From: Phycisphaerae bacterium
Lineage (GTDB): Bacteria; Planctomycetota; Phycisphaerae; UBA1845; Fen-1342
DNA length: 64,000 nucleotides
Assembly (NCBI GenBank): GCA_050115495.1
Contig: JASFQK010000009.1
Location: forward strand, 97,163-161,162
Direction: 5' to 3'
Made by a program: the position numbers and the translations under genes. Of this stretch, positions 48,367 through 57,557 are shown one piece after another; positions within the stretch are counted from its first letter, which is position 1, and each line of letters begins with the position of its first letter. The notes beneath the pieces were generated by a model, which was not told where the DNA came from, did no database searches, and was given only the letters and a program-made list of their open reading frames with translations.

Positions 48367-50676
48367 GTGCGTGTTTGGTTTCTGACTCCTGAATGGCCGG
48401 AACCCACGGGCGACATCGCCGCCTACACGGCGACACTCGCCCGTGCGCTCGGCGCCGCCGGCCACGAAGCGCTCATTCTCGCCCCCGCTCCGTCGCCCTG
48501 CGACCAGGAGCTGGCGCCGAACGTGCGTCTGATCGGCCTCGCTTCGGGAGAATCGCCGGCCGACGCACCGCAGCCGCAGCCGACCTCGGCGACCGGCCGC
48601 ATCGACCTAGCCAGCGCCTGCCCGCAGATCTGTCCGGAAGTCGCCCGCAGCCACCACTTCGCCAACGAAGTGCTGCGACTGCTCACCGTCATGCCGGCCC
48701 CGGACGTGATCGAAGCCCCCGAGCGCGACGCCCTGCTTTACTACCTCTTGCAGCGCAAGCTCACCGAGCGCGGCCCGCTCCGCAGCATCCCCATCATCGT
48801 TCGCCTGCACGGCGGCCGCTACGACCTGACCCTGGCAAACCAGGGGCCCTGCTACCGCTTCCCGGCGTACTGGGTCGGGCAGATGGAGCGGTTCTGCGCC
48901 GTCGCGGCCGACGCCCTGCTGAGCACGACGCACGTCCCGGGACGTGCCCTCGCGGCGGCGTTGGCACGGTCCATGCAGGTCGACGTCATCCCCCCGCTGG
49001 TGACCGCCTCCGAGGTCGGCCCGCTCAACCCCGCTCAGCCACTGGAGTTGCTGTGCCCCGGTCCGCTCGAATGGCGGCGCGGCGTCGTCGAACTCGTGCG
49101 AACTTGCGACCGGCTCTGGTCAGCGGGCCGGGAGTTCCGCCTCACGCTGCTCGGCGCCGACGGGCACTTCCCACCGCGCGACTGCATGATCAGCACGCTC
49201 ATCGAGCGACGCCAGCAGACCTGGCTCGAACGCGGCCTGCTCACCGTCATCGCCGACCCGGACCCGGCCCTGCTCCGCGAGCATCTGCGCCAGGCCTGGG
49301 CCGTAGTGATCCCCAGCCGCTTCGAGGGTTTCTCGTCGCCGGCGGCGGACGCCATGGCCGTCGGCCAGGTGCTGCTGGCCTCGCGTCAGAGCGGCGCCGC
49401 CGAGCTCATCAACGAACACGGCAACGACGGCTTCCTCTTCGACTGGGACACGCCCGGCGACCTCGAGCAGCGGCTCGCCGCCGTGCTCGCCCTCGATCCA
49501 GCCCGCCGAACTGCTACCGGCGAGCGGGCCCAGGCCCGTGTGGCGGCCCTGTGTGCCCCGGACGTCGTGCTACCCCAGCGTCTGGCGCACTACGAACGCA
49601 TCCGCCAGCGCCGCGGCCCGCGCGGCACGTTCCCCGTTGTTCGCCCGCCGATGCCCGACGCCGCCGCAGCCGCGGCTCCCGCGCAGCGGCCCCCGCTCGG
49701 CGAGCCCGGCTTGGTCTCGGTGATCGTGCCCTTCTACAACCTTGGCGAGTACATCGGCGAAACGTTGCGTTCGGCCCTGGCCAGCACGCACACGCCGCTC
49801 GAAGTCGTCATCGTCGACGACGGCAGCACCGACCCGGACAGCCTCGCCGCCCTCGACGAGATCGACGCCCAGCACTTGCCCAACGTCCGCATCGCCCACA
49901 CCGAGAACCAGGGCCTGCCCTCGGCCCGCAACGCCGGCGTCGACGCCGCCCGCGGCGAGTTCATCGCCCTGCTCGACGCCGACGACCTGATCGAGCCGGG
50001 CTTCCTGGCCCACGCCGTCGACGTCTTGCGGCGTTACGCCAACGTCGGCTTCGTCTATTCGTGGGTGCGGTACTTCGGCGATTCCTCGGGGATCTGGCCG
50101 ACGTGGAACGCCGAGTTCCCCTACCTGCTGGGCCACAACATGCTCGCCGCCTTCGTCGTCATGCGGCGGACGGACTACCTGCGCTGGGGCCGGCAACAGC
50201 CGGAGTTCGCGTACAACTTCGAGGATTACGCCGGCTGGATCGGCCTGCTGGCCGCCGGCGCGATCGGCGTGAGCCTGCCGCATCCGTACGCGCTCTACCG
50301 CATCCGCGGCAACTCGATGTGGCGCAGCGCGAACCCCGACCAGGTGCTGTACCTGTACGAGCTGCTGACGCGCCGCTACCCGGCAGCCTACCGGCACTGG
50401 GGCCCCGAGCTGTTCAACCTGCAAAACGCCAACGGCTCCGGCCGGCTGTGGAACCACCCGGCCCGGGAGTCCAGCGGCGAGCAGATCGACCATCTGCTCC
50501 GCGAACGCGACCTCGCCTGGACCGAGGCCCGCCGACTGGCCCAGGGCTGGGAGCACCAGAAGGACTTCATCGACCAGCAGGCCGCGTACATCAAGCAACT
50601 GACCGCCGAACGCGATCAACTGGCCGGGCAATTGCAGGCCCTGACCGGAAAACAACCAACCGAGCCGGAATCATGA
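48367..50676 (+). CDS. GT4+GT2 bimodular glycosyltransferase (paralog 1)
   Basis: GTG start after GAGGAG; GT4-like half, then VSVIVPFYN, DDGS, LDADD, EDY. Confidence 0.9.
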   Translation: MRVWFLTPEWPEPTGDIAAYTATLARALGAAGHEALILAPAPSPCDQELAPNVRLIGLASGESPADAPQPQPTSATGRIDLASACPQICPEVARSHHFANEVLRLLTVMPAPDVIEAPERDALLYYLLQRKLTERGPLRSIPIIVRLHGGRYDLTLANQGPCYRFPAYWVGQMERFCAVAADALLSTTHVPGRALAAALARSMQVDVIPPLVTASEVGPLNPAQPLELLCPGPLEWRRGVVELVRTCDRLWSAGREFRLTLLGADGHFPPRDCMISTLIERRQQTWLERGLLTVIADPDPALLREHLRQAWAVVIPSRFEGFSSPAADAMAVGQVLLASRQSGAAELINEHGNDGFLFDWDTPGDLEQRLAAVLALDPARRTATGERAQARVAALCAPDVVLPQRLAHYERIRQRRGPRGTFPVVRPPMPDAAAAAAPAQRPPLGEPGLVSVIVPFYNLGEYIGETLRSALASTHTPLEVVIVDDGSTDPDSLAALDEIDAQHLPNVRIAHTENQGLPSARNAGVDAARGEFIALLDADDLIEPGFLAHAVDVLRRYANVGFVYSWVRYFGDSSGIWPTWNAEFPYLLGHNMLAAFVVMRRTDYLRWGRQQPEFAYNFEDYAGWIGLLAAGAIGVSLPHPYALYRIRGNSMWRSANPDQVLYLYELLTRRYPAAYRHWGPELFNLQNANGSGRLWNHPARESSGEQIDHLLRERDLAWTEARRLAQGWEHQKDFIDQQAAYIKQLTAERDQLAGQLQALTGKQPTEPES

Positions 50677-50701
50677 CACCGCTGAGAGGGAGGTAAACGC
50701 A

Positions 50702-53191
50702 GTGCGCATCTGGTTGCTGACGTCCGAGCTGCCACACGAATACGCTGGGGGCATCGCCCGCTACGTCGACAACTTCGCCCGCGCCCTGGGTCAAGGCGGC
50801 CACGAGGTCGTAATCCTGGCCCGGACCGCCCAGCCGTGCGACCGCGAGATCGCCCCCGGCGTGCGCGTGATCGGCGTCGTGCCCCGCACCGAGCAGCCGC
50901 TGACGGCCGAACCGCCCGACGAGCCCACCGCTCACCCGCACTACCCGTACACCATCCTCGGCTACTGGCCGGCCCTCGCCTTCCAGATGGCCGAACAGAC
51001 GCTCGCCCTGCTCGACGAACTGCCCGCGCCCGACGTCATCGAGGCCCAGGAGTTCTGCGCTCCGGCGTACTACCTCCTGCAACGCCGGCTCACCGAACGC
51101 ACGCCCCTGGACAACGTCCCCATCGTCGTCAACCTGCACAGCGCCCAGTTCGACCTGCTGCGCATCAACCAGTCGCCGCGCTATCGCTTCCCCGAGTACT
51201 GGGTCGGCCGGATGGAGCGCTTCTGCCTCGCCGCCGCCGACGCCCTGATCTGCCCCAGCTACTTCCTGGCTCGCCACATCCGCGAGGAGTACGAACCCGA
51301 CCTCGACATCCGCACACTGCACCTGCCCTTCGTCGCCGACTACGACCGCCCGCCGGCGGAGGGCCAGCCGGGCGAGCTTGTCTACGTCGGCCGGCTCGAA
51401 TGGCGCAAGGGCGTGCTCGGACTGGTCAAGGCCTGCGCCGCCCTGTGGGAGAGTGGCCGCGAGTTCCACCTGACGCTCATCGGCGGTGACACCGAGTTCG
51501 CCCCGACCGGCTGCTCCATCGGCACGCTGCTCCGCCAGCGCTACGACAAGTGGATCGACCGCGACTTCCTCCGCCTGTGCGGCGCCGTGCCACACAACGA
51601 AGTGGCCGACCTGGTCCGCAACGCCTGGGCCGCCCTCGTCCCCAGCCACTGGGAGAACTTCCCCAACACCTGCATCGAAGCCATGGCCGCCGGCCAGCTC
51701 CCCCTCGTCTCCCGCCAGGGCGGACAGGCCGAAATGGTCGCCGAAGACGGCGTGAACGGCTTCATCTTCGACTGGAACGTGCCCGGCGACCTCGAAGCCA
51801 AGCTGACGCACGTGCTCGACCTCGACCCGCAGGAGCGGCTAACGATCGTCAAGCGGGCCCAGCAGCGCATCCGTGGGCTGTGCGATCCGGACATCGTCGT
51901 GCCCCAACGCCTGCGGCACTTCGAGGAAGTCATCGCCCGCCACCAGCCGCGCACGCGCTTCCCTGCCGCCGCCCCGCCTCGCCACGCCCAATCGCCGGCG
52001 GACACCCAAACACCCACCGTCGTCGTCCCGCGCGTCGCCGAAAACGAGCAACCCGGCCTGCTCTCCGTGGTCATCCCGTTCTACAACCTCGCCGAGTACA
52101 TCGACGAGACGCTGGCCAACGTCCTCGCCAGCAGGTACTCGCCGCTCGAGGTCGTGCTGGTCAACGACGGCAGCACCGCCGACGACGCCCGCGAGAAGCT
52201 CGCCGAGATCGAGGCTCGCGGACTGCCTAACGTGCGCGTCCTGCACACGGACAACCAGGGGCTGGCCTCCGCCCGCAACAACGGCGTCGAGGCCGCTCGT
52301 GGAGAGTTCGTCGCCCTGGTCGACGCCGACGACCTGATCGAGCCGGACTTCTGCGCCCGCGCCATCGACGTCCTCCGCCGCTACGAGAACGTCGCGTTCG
52401 TCTACTCGTGGGTACGCTGGTTCGACAGCGCCAATGCGATCTGGCCGACGTGGAATGCCGAGTTCCCCTACCTGCTCGGCCACAACATGACCTGTGTGCT
52501 CTCGGTTGTCCGCCGCGCCGCCTTCCGCAGTGTCGGCGGCAACGACCCCTCCTTTGCCTATGCCATGGAGGACTACGCGTGCTGGGTCGGCATGCTCGCC
52601 GCCGGCTACGTCGGCGTGAGCCTGCCCTATCCCGGCGTGCGCTACCGCATCCGCCCCAACTCCATGCTCCGCTGCATGAACGACAACCAGGCCCTCTACC
52701 TCTTCGACCTGCTCACGGAGCACTACCCCGACGCCTACCGTCGCTGGGGCACCGAGCTCTTCAACCTTCAAAACGCGAACGGGCCGGGTCGCCTCTGGAA
52801 CCACCCGGCTCTCGACACCGGTCCGGCCGGCGTCGCGGCCCAGGGCCTGCGCGAAGCCCACGACTGGCTCACCGACCAGTGGCGAGCCCACCAAGCCCGC
52901 GTCGTCGAGCAGGACCAGATCATCACCGAGCTGCGCGGCTGGACCGATGAGCTCGTCACGGCCAAGGGCTGGCTCACCGAACGCTGGGAGCAGTCCCAGG
53001 ACGAGGTGACCCGGCAGCAGAGCATCGCCACGGAGCTGCGCGACTGGGCGCAGAAGCTGGAGCAGCGCGTCGCCGAGTTGACCCGTGAGCTCGAATCCGC
53101 CCGCGGTGACGGCGGCCTGGCCCGCGCGTCCGACCGCCTGCGCCGCCTGCTCCGCCGCGCCGGCCTGCTCCGCAGCTCTCCCAGGAAATAA
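50702..53191 (+). CDS. GT4+GT2 bimodular glycosyltransferase (paralog 2)
   Basis: GGIARY, GRLEWRKG, ENFPNTCIE, NDGS, VDADD, EDY; coiled-coil tail. Confidence 0.92.
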   Translation: MRIWLLTSELPHEYAGGIARYVDNFARALGQGGHEVVILARTAQPCDREIAPGVRVIGVVPRTEQPLTAEPPDEPTAHPHYPYTILGYWPALAFQMAEQTLALLDELPAPDVIEAQEFCAPAYYLLQRRLTERTPLDNVPIVVNLHSAQFDLLRINQSPRYRFPEYWVGRMERFCLAAADALICPSYFLARHIREEYEPDLDIRTLHLPFVADYDRPPAEGQPGELVYVGRLEWRKGVLGLVKACAALWESGREFHLTLIGGDTEFAPTGCSIGTLLRQRYDKWIDRDFLRLCGAVPHNEVADLVRNAWAALVPSHWENFPNTCIEAMAAGQLPLVSRQGGQAEMVAEDGVNGFIFDWNVPGDLEAKLTHVLDLDPQERLTIVKRAQQRIRGLCDPDIVVPQRLRHFEEVIARHQPRTRFPAAAPPRHAQSPADTQTPTVVVPRVAENEQPGLLSVVIPFYNLAEYIDETLANVLASRYSPLEVVLVNDGSTADDAREKLAEIEARGLPNVRVLHTDNQGLASARNNGVEAARGEFVALVDADDLIEPDFCARAIDVLRRYENVAFVYSWVRWFDSANAIWPTWNAEFPYLLGHNMTCVLSVVRRAAFRSVGGNDPSFAYAMEDYACWVGMLAAGYVGVSLPYPGVRYRIRPNSMLRCMNDNQALYLFDLLTEHYPDAYRRWGTELFNLQNANGPGRLWNHPALDTGPAGVAAQGLREAHDWLTDQWRAHQARVVEQDQIITELRGWTDELVTAKGWLTERWEQSQDEVTRQQSIATELRDWAQKLEQRVAELTRELESARGDGGLARASDRLRRLLRRAGLLRSSPRK

Positions 53192-53226
53192 CGGCCTCTC
53201 CGGCACCGCTGCGAGGTACCACCACG

Positions 53227-54186
53227 ATGGCGCCCGAAACCATAACCCAATACTCGGCGGCGGCCCCCCGCCCGTTTCGCTCGTTCCTGCATCCACTGCG
53301 CATGGTGGCGAACCTGTGCAGCCACCGCCAGCTCACGCTGCAACTGACCCACCGCGACATCGTCAGCCGCTACCGCGCCGCCCGTCTCGGCCTGCTCTGG
53401 GCCGTCCTGACGCCCCTGGCCCTGCTCGCCATCTACACCTTCGTCTTCTCCGTCGTCTTCGAGGCCCGCTGGAACCTGCCCACCGACAAGGACCAGGCCC
53501 AGCAACCCGCCCCGCAGGTCGAGGAGCAACCTCCAGCACCGGCGCCAGCGGCCACGCAGGCCGCGGAGCCGAAGAAGGAGAGCCACGGCGAGTTCGCACT
53601 CTACCTCTTCTGCGGCATGCTCATCTTCACGCTCTTCGCCGAAGTGGTAACGCGTGCCCCAACGATGGTCATCGCCAACCCGAACTACGTGAAGAAGGTC
53701 GTCTTCCCGCTTGAAGTGCTCGTCATTTCCGCCCTGCTCACCGCCCTGTTCAACCTCGCCATCGGCTTCGGCGTATGGCTGGTCTTCTGGTTCTTCGTCA
53801 AGCATGCGCTGCCGCCGCTGACGATGTTCTACCTGCCGCTCGTCGTTTTGCCGGTCTGTCTGGCGACGACCGGCGTCGCCTGGGTAGTGGCGGCGTTGGG
53901 CGTCTTTGTGCGTGACGTGGGCCACGCGGTAACGCTGATCGTGCAGGCCCTCTTCTTCGCCACGCCGGTCTTCTACAAGATCGAGCGCGTGCCCGACGCG
54001 TTCCAAGTGGTGATGCGGCTCAACCCCCTCTCGCACGCCCTCGAAGACGCCCGCCGCGTCATGATCGAAAGCGCCCCACCGGAATGGCTGTGGTGGCTGA
54101 TTTCCCTGCTGGCCTCGACCGCAATCGCCATCGCCGGCTACGCCGTCTTCATGAAGAGCAAACGCGCCTTCGCCGACGTCCTCTGA
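53227..54186 (+). CDS. wzm: Polysaccharide ABC exporter permease
   Basis: RDIVSRY...LGLLW, YVKKVVFP, RD, TPVFY, LNPL, FADVL. Confidence 0.95.
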   Translation: MAPETITQYSAAAPRPFRSFLHPLRMVANLCSHRQLTLQLTHRDIVSRYRAARLGLLWAVLTPLALLAIYTFVFSVVFEARWNLPTDKDQAQQPAPQVEEQPPAPAPAATQAAEPKKESHGEFALYLFCGMLIFTLFAEVVTRAPTMVIANPNYVKKVVFPLEVLVISALLTALFNLAIGFGVWLVFWFFVKHALPPLTMFYLPLVVLPVCLATTGVAWVVAALGVFVRDVGHAVTLIVQALFFATPVFYKIERVPDAFQVVMRLNPLSHALEDARRVMIESAPPEWLWWLISLLASTAIAIAGYAVFMKSKRAFADVL

Positions 54187-54311
54187 CCGCGCGGCGCTCC
54201 GATAACGGGCCTACAAGCGACCTCACGTCTCCACTCCTCACAAACCGCCGGCCCCATCCAGCCGATACCCCCATGAGACCGCGCCGCCGCGCCAAGCGAG
54301 GGAGATCCGCG

Positions 54312-55619
54312 ATGATCATCAACCCACAGGTCCCACTCCATCGCCTCATCCTCTCCCTCTCCGAGGCCCTGGATTACGTCCACCCCCTCGTCGCCGATCA
54401 TCAGCAGCGGACCGCCTACATCGCCATCGCCATCGCCCGGCGGATGGGCATCACCGGTCCGGAGCTCTACGACCTCTTCCAGGCCGCCGCCCTCCACGAC
54501 ATCGGTCTTATCGGACATGAGAACCGCATCCGGGCCGTCCACCTTCGCCAACTCGAAGGCGTTAGTTGGCACGGCGAGCTCGGCTACGAGCTCCTGAAGG
54601 ACAACCCCCTCTTCGCCCGCGCCGCCGAGATCATCCGCCACCACCACGTCCGTTGGGCCAACGGCCAGGGGACCGATAACCTCGGCGTCGGCGTCCCCAT
54701 CGCCAGCCATATTCTCGTCCTCGCCGACCACGTCGAGCGGGCGATCGACCGCGACACCTCCGTCCTCCAACAGGCCCCCCGCATCATCAGCGAGACGGCG
54801 GCCCGCGCCGGCATCGAGTTCCACTCCGACTGCGTCGACGCCTTCTGCGAAGTCGCCGCCGCCGAGGCCTTCTGGCTCGACGCCGCCTCGCCGCGGATCT
54901 ACGCCCTACTGCTGCACCAGGCCGACTGGCCCGTCCTGACCATCGACGAGGTGGCCATTCGCCCTATCGCCGAGGTCTTCGCCCGCGTCGTCGACGCCGC
55001 CAGCCCCTGGACGGCGGTGCACAGTGCCGGCGTGACGGCGACGGCCGTCGCCCTGTCCGAACGCCTGAACTTCTCGCCGCGCGAGCAGCACCTGATGCGG
55101 GCCGCCGGCTATCTGCACGACCTCGGCAAGCTGGCGGTCCCCTCGAAGATTCTGGACAAGCCCGGCCGCCTGACCCCCGAAGAATACGCCATCGTCAAGT
55201 CGCACACGTACTACACGTTTCGCATCCTCGACACGATCGGCGGCATGCCGCAGATCTGCGAATGGGCGGCGTTTCATCACGAGCGGCTGGACGGCAAGGG
55301 CTACCCCTTCCGCCACGCCGGCCGGGAGCTAACGCTCGGCTCGCGAATCATGGCCGTAGCCGACGTCTTCACGGCGTTAACGGAGGACCGCCCCTATCGT
55401 GACGGTCTCTCTTCCGAGGCGGCGCTCGCCATGCTGACCCGCATGGCCGACGCCGGCGCCCTGGACGCGGACGTCATCGCCGCCCTGCACCGCGACCACG
55501 ACGACATCAATGCCCTGCGTCGCCAGGAGCAAGCTGCCTACGGCGACGGCCAGGATCGCCTGACCAACGTGATGCAAACCTGGTCCCACCGCGCCGACGG
55601 AGCCCTCCTGCTGGCGTAA
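54312..55619 (+). CDS. Tandem HD/HD-GYP cyclic-dinucleotide phosphodiesterase
   Basis: First domain LHDIG with no GYP; second LHDLGK, HHERLDGKGYP, AVADVF, DRPYR. Confidence 0.92.
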   Translation: MIINPQVPLHRLILSLSEALDYVHPLVADHQQRTAYIAIAIARRMGITGPELYDLFQAAALHDIGLIGHENRIRAVHLRQLEGVSWHGELGYELLKDNPLFARAAEIIRHHHVRWANGQGTDNLGVGVPIASHILVLADHVERAIDRDTSVLQQAPRIISETAARAGIEFHSDCVDAFCEVAAAEAFWLDAASPRIYALLLHQADWPVLTIDEVAIRPIAEVFARVVDAASPWTAVHSAGVTATAVALSERLNFSPREQHLMRAAGYLHDLGKLAVPSKILDKPGRLTPEEYAIVKSHTYYTFRILDTIGGMPQICEWAAFHHERLDGKGYPFRHAGRELTLGSRIMAVADVFTALTEDRPYRDGLSSEAALAMLTRMADAGALDADVIAALHRDHDDINALRRQEQAAYGDGQDRLTNVMQTWSHRADGALLLA

Positions 55620-55672
55620 GCACGGACACCGACATCCCGCCACAAACAAAGGCCACCGGCCCCCGAGCCGGC

Positions 55673-55793
55673 GTAGCGTCGGCCTCCCGTGGCCGACGTC
55701 GATCGCCGACGAACGCCCGCTCCGCCGGCTGTCCTGCGAACGCAGCGCCTCGTTGCCTCGGCACCCTGAGCGCAGTCGAACGGGTTGCCTTCT
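55673..55793 (+). repeat. Composite repeat: GTAG-REP plus GCCTCGTT octamer remnant
   Basis: gtagcgtcggcc..ggccgacgtcgatcgcc, near-identical to 62713-62756. Confidence 0.8.
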
Positions 55794-56078
55794 TCCTTAA
55801 CTCCCGCGCCGTCCGTCTCCCTCTCGTTCTCTCTCGCGCAACGCCGCTCGAAGCCGTCGAAACCCGACAGCCACTGGCGGACATTGGCTGACATGCACGT
55901 CGCAGCAGCGAATGCACGACACGGCGTGCCGGAAGCGGTCGCGGTCCGTGCAATTCGGCGGCGAGAATCAGAAGATCCGAGCCATATGACGTGCCGGGCG
56001 CTATACAATGCACGCGCACGGCCCGGTAACGGAGCCGGGCCACGTCTTCTTGGGGGCATCTCGGCTGGAGGAACCGTC

Positions 56079-57278
56079 ATGTCACGAAAGCTCAAGTCCG
56101 CGGTCGTCCTGTTCCTCATCGCCCTGCTCTTGCCGATGCCGGAGACCCGCGCCGACAACTGGCTCGAGTACTGCTGGTGCGTGTTCTGTTGCGGCGTGAA
56201 CAATCCACCGGGACGCGCCCGCATCAGGTGCATCATCCGCTGCAAGAAAGCCCGTCGCGCCCAGAAGCGCAAGCGCAACGTCTCCGTCTCCCACACCACC
56301 ACGGGCTACGCCGAGACCTTCGGGCAGCCCTACGTTTTCGTGCCACCCGGCACCCCGATCACGGTGGACTTCGACATCGACAGCACGGACTACCTGGAGT
56401 CGATCGACCTCTACCTGCGTTACGACGGCTACAACCCCGAGCCGCCGGAGATCGGCCTGCCGCTCGGCTCCGATACCGACCCCACCGACGGCTGGTCCAT
56501 CACATTTGACACCGCGCCGTTCGGCGAATTCGGCGGCGTGCTGATGGCCGTCGCCAACTTCCCCAGCCATCCGCCGGACTCCGAGTCCGATGAGGACGTG
56601 ATCTACTGCACGACGATCCCGCTCGAGCCCGAGCCGCCGCGCTACGTGGATCTCCGCCCCAACTGGATGCAACTCGTCCCGCAGCCGGACGGCCAGGTCG
56701 AGATCACGGTCGACTACTCGGCCATCATCGGCGGACTGGAACCGCTTCCGCCCATCATCACCGACGCGATAGTCTACGTGAACGAAACGCCCACCGGGGC
56801 CCTGCCCGTCTACCTGGAACCGGACCCCGGCATCCCGCCGTGCCACTTCAGCACGCCGCCCGGCTGCATCGGCGAGTGCTTCCCGCCGGCCCTCGACTGC
56901 GTCTTCGTGGATTTGTGGTTCGAGTATGAGGAGTACTGCGGGTGTGACTGGCGCGGGTTGTTGCAGGGCTTGGTGCCGGCGTCGCCCGGCGACCGGATCA
57001 CCGTCGAGCTCGACCTCGACGATATGGTCGACGAGGCCCACGAGACCAACAACTGGATCGAAGGCTACGTCGTGCCGCCCATCACCCCAGGCGATCTGAA
57101 CTGCGACGGCGCGATCGACAACTTCGACATCAGCCCGTTCGTGCTGGCCCTGACCGATCCGCCGGCGTACGAGGAGAAATACCCCTACTGCAACTGGCTG
57201 AACGCCGACTGCAACGGCGACGGCCTCGTGGACAACTTCGACATCAGCCCGTTTGTCCACCTGCTGATTGGCGAGTAA
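56079..57278 (+). CDS. Secreted Ig/CARDB-like protein with Cys-rich basic N-terminus and dockerin-like C-terminus
   Basis: Signal peptide, VDEAHETNN (CARDB-like), GDLNCDG..DNFDISPFV twice; GGAGG RBS. Confidence 0.8.
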   Translation: MSRKLKSAVVLFLIALLLPMPETRADNWLEYCWCVFCCGVNNPPGRARIRCIIRCKKARRAQKRKRNVSVSHTTTGYAETFGQPYVFVPPGTPITVDFDIDSTDYLESIDLYLRYDGYNPEPPEIGLPLGSDTDPTDGWSITFDTAPFGEFGGVLMAVANFPSHPPDSESDEDVIYCTTIPLEPEPPRYVDLRPNWMQLVPQPDGQVEITVDYSAIIGGLEPLPPIITDAIVYVNETPTGALPVYLEPDPGIPPCHFSTPPGCIGECFPPALDCVFVDLWFEYEEYCGCDWRGLLQGLVPASPGDRITVELDLDDMVDEAHETNNWIEGYVVPPITPGDLNCDGAIDNFDISPFVLALTDPPAYEEKYPYCNWLNADCNGDGLVDNFDISPFVHLLIGE

Positions 57279-57304
57279 CGCGGCAGGCCACGGCGCTACG
57301 CGAC

Positions 57305-57358
57305 GCCTCGTTGCCTGGTTGCCTCGTTGCCTTCTTCCCTGCTTGCCTCGTTGTCTGG
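57305..57358. repeat. Imperfect 8-bp tandem repeat (GCCTSGTT)n
   Basis: About 6.5 units; same family at 62786-62825. Confidence 0.85.
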
Positions 57359-57557
57359 CGTCCCCGCCCCGGCTCCCTGGGGGCGGGGACACAGCTCCAG
57401 CAACCAGACCATTGATCTTGAACATCCCCCCGCCGAGGAGTGGTGCACCAAGCCCTGGATACGCGGACCGGCTGGGAGGGTCCGCGCTCCAGGGCGAGGA
57501 GGCGCACACGATCGCGACCGCACGCGGGCCCCTCGCCCGCGCAGGCCGATTCACGCA

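Noticed and set aside
57430..57510. SAH riboswitch
   Set aside because: CCGAGGAG start is similar but the 3' consensus is missing, and it lies between convergent gene ends
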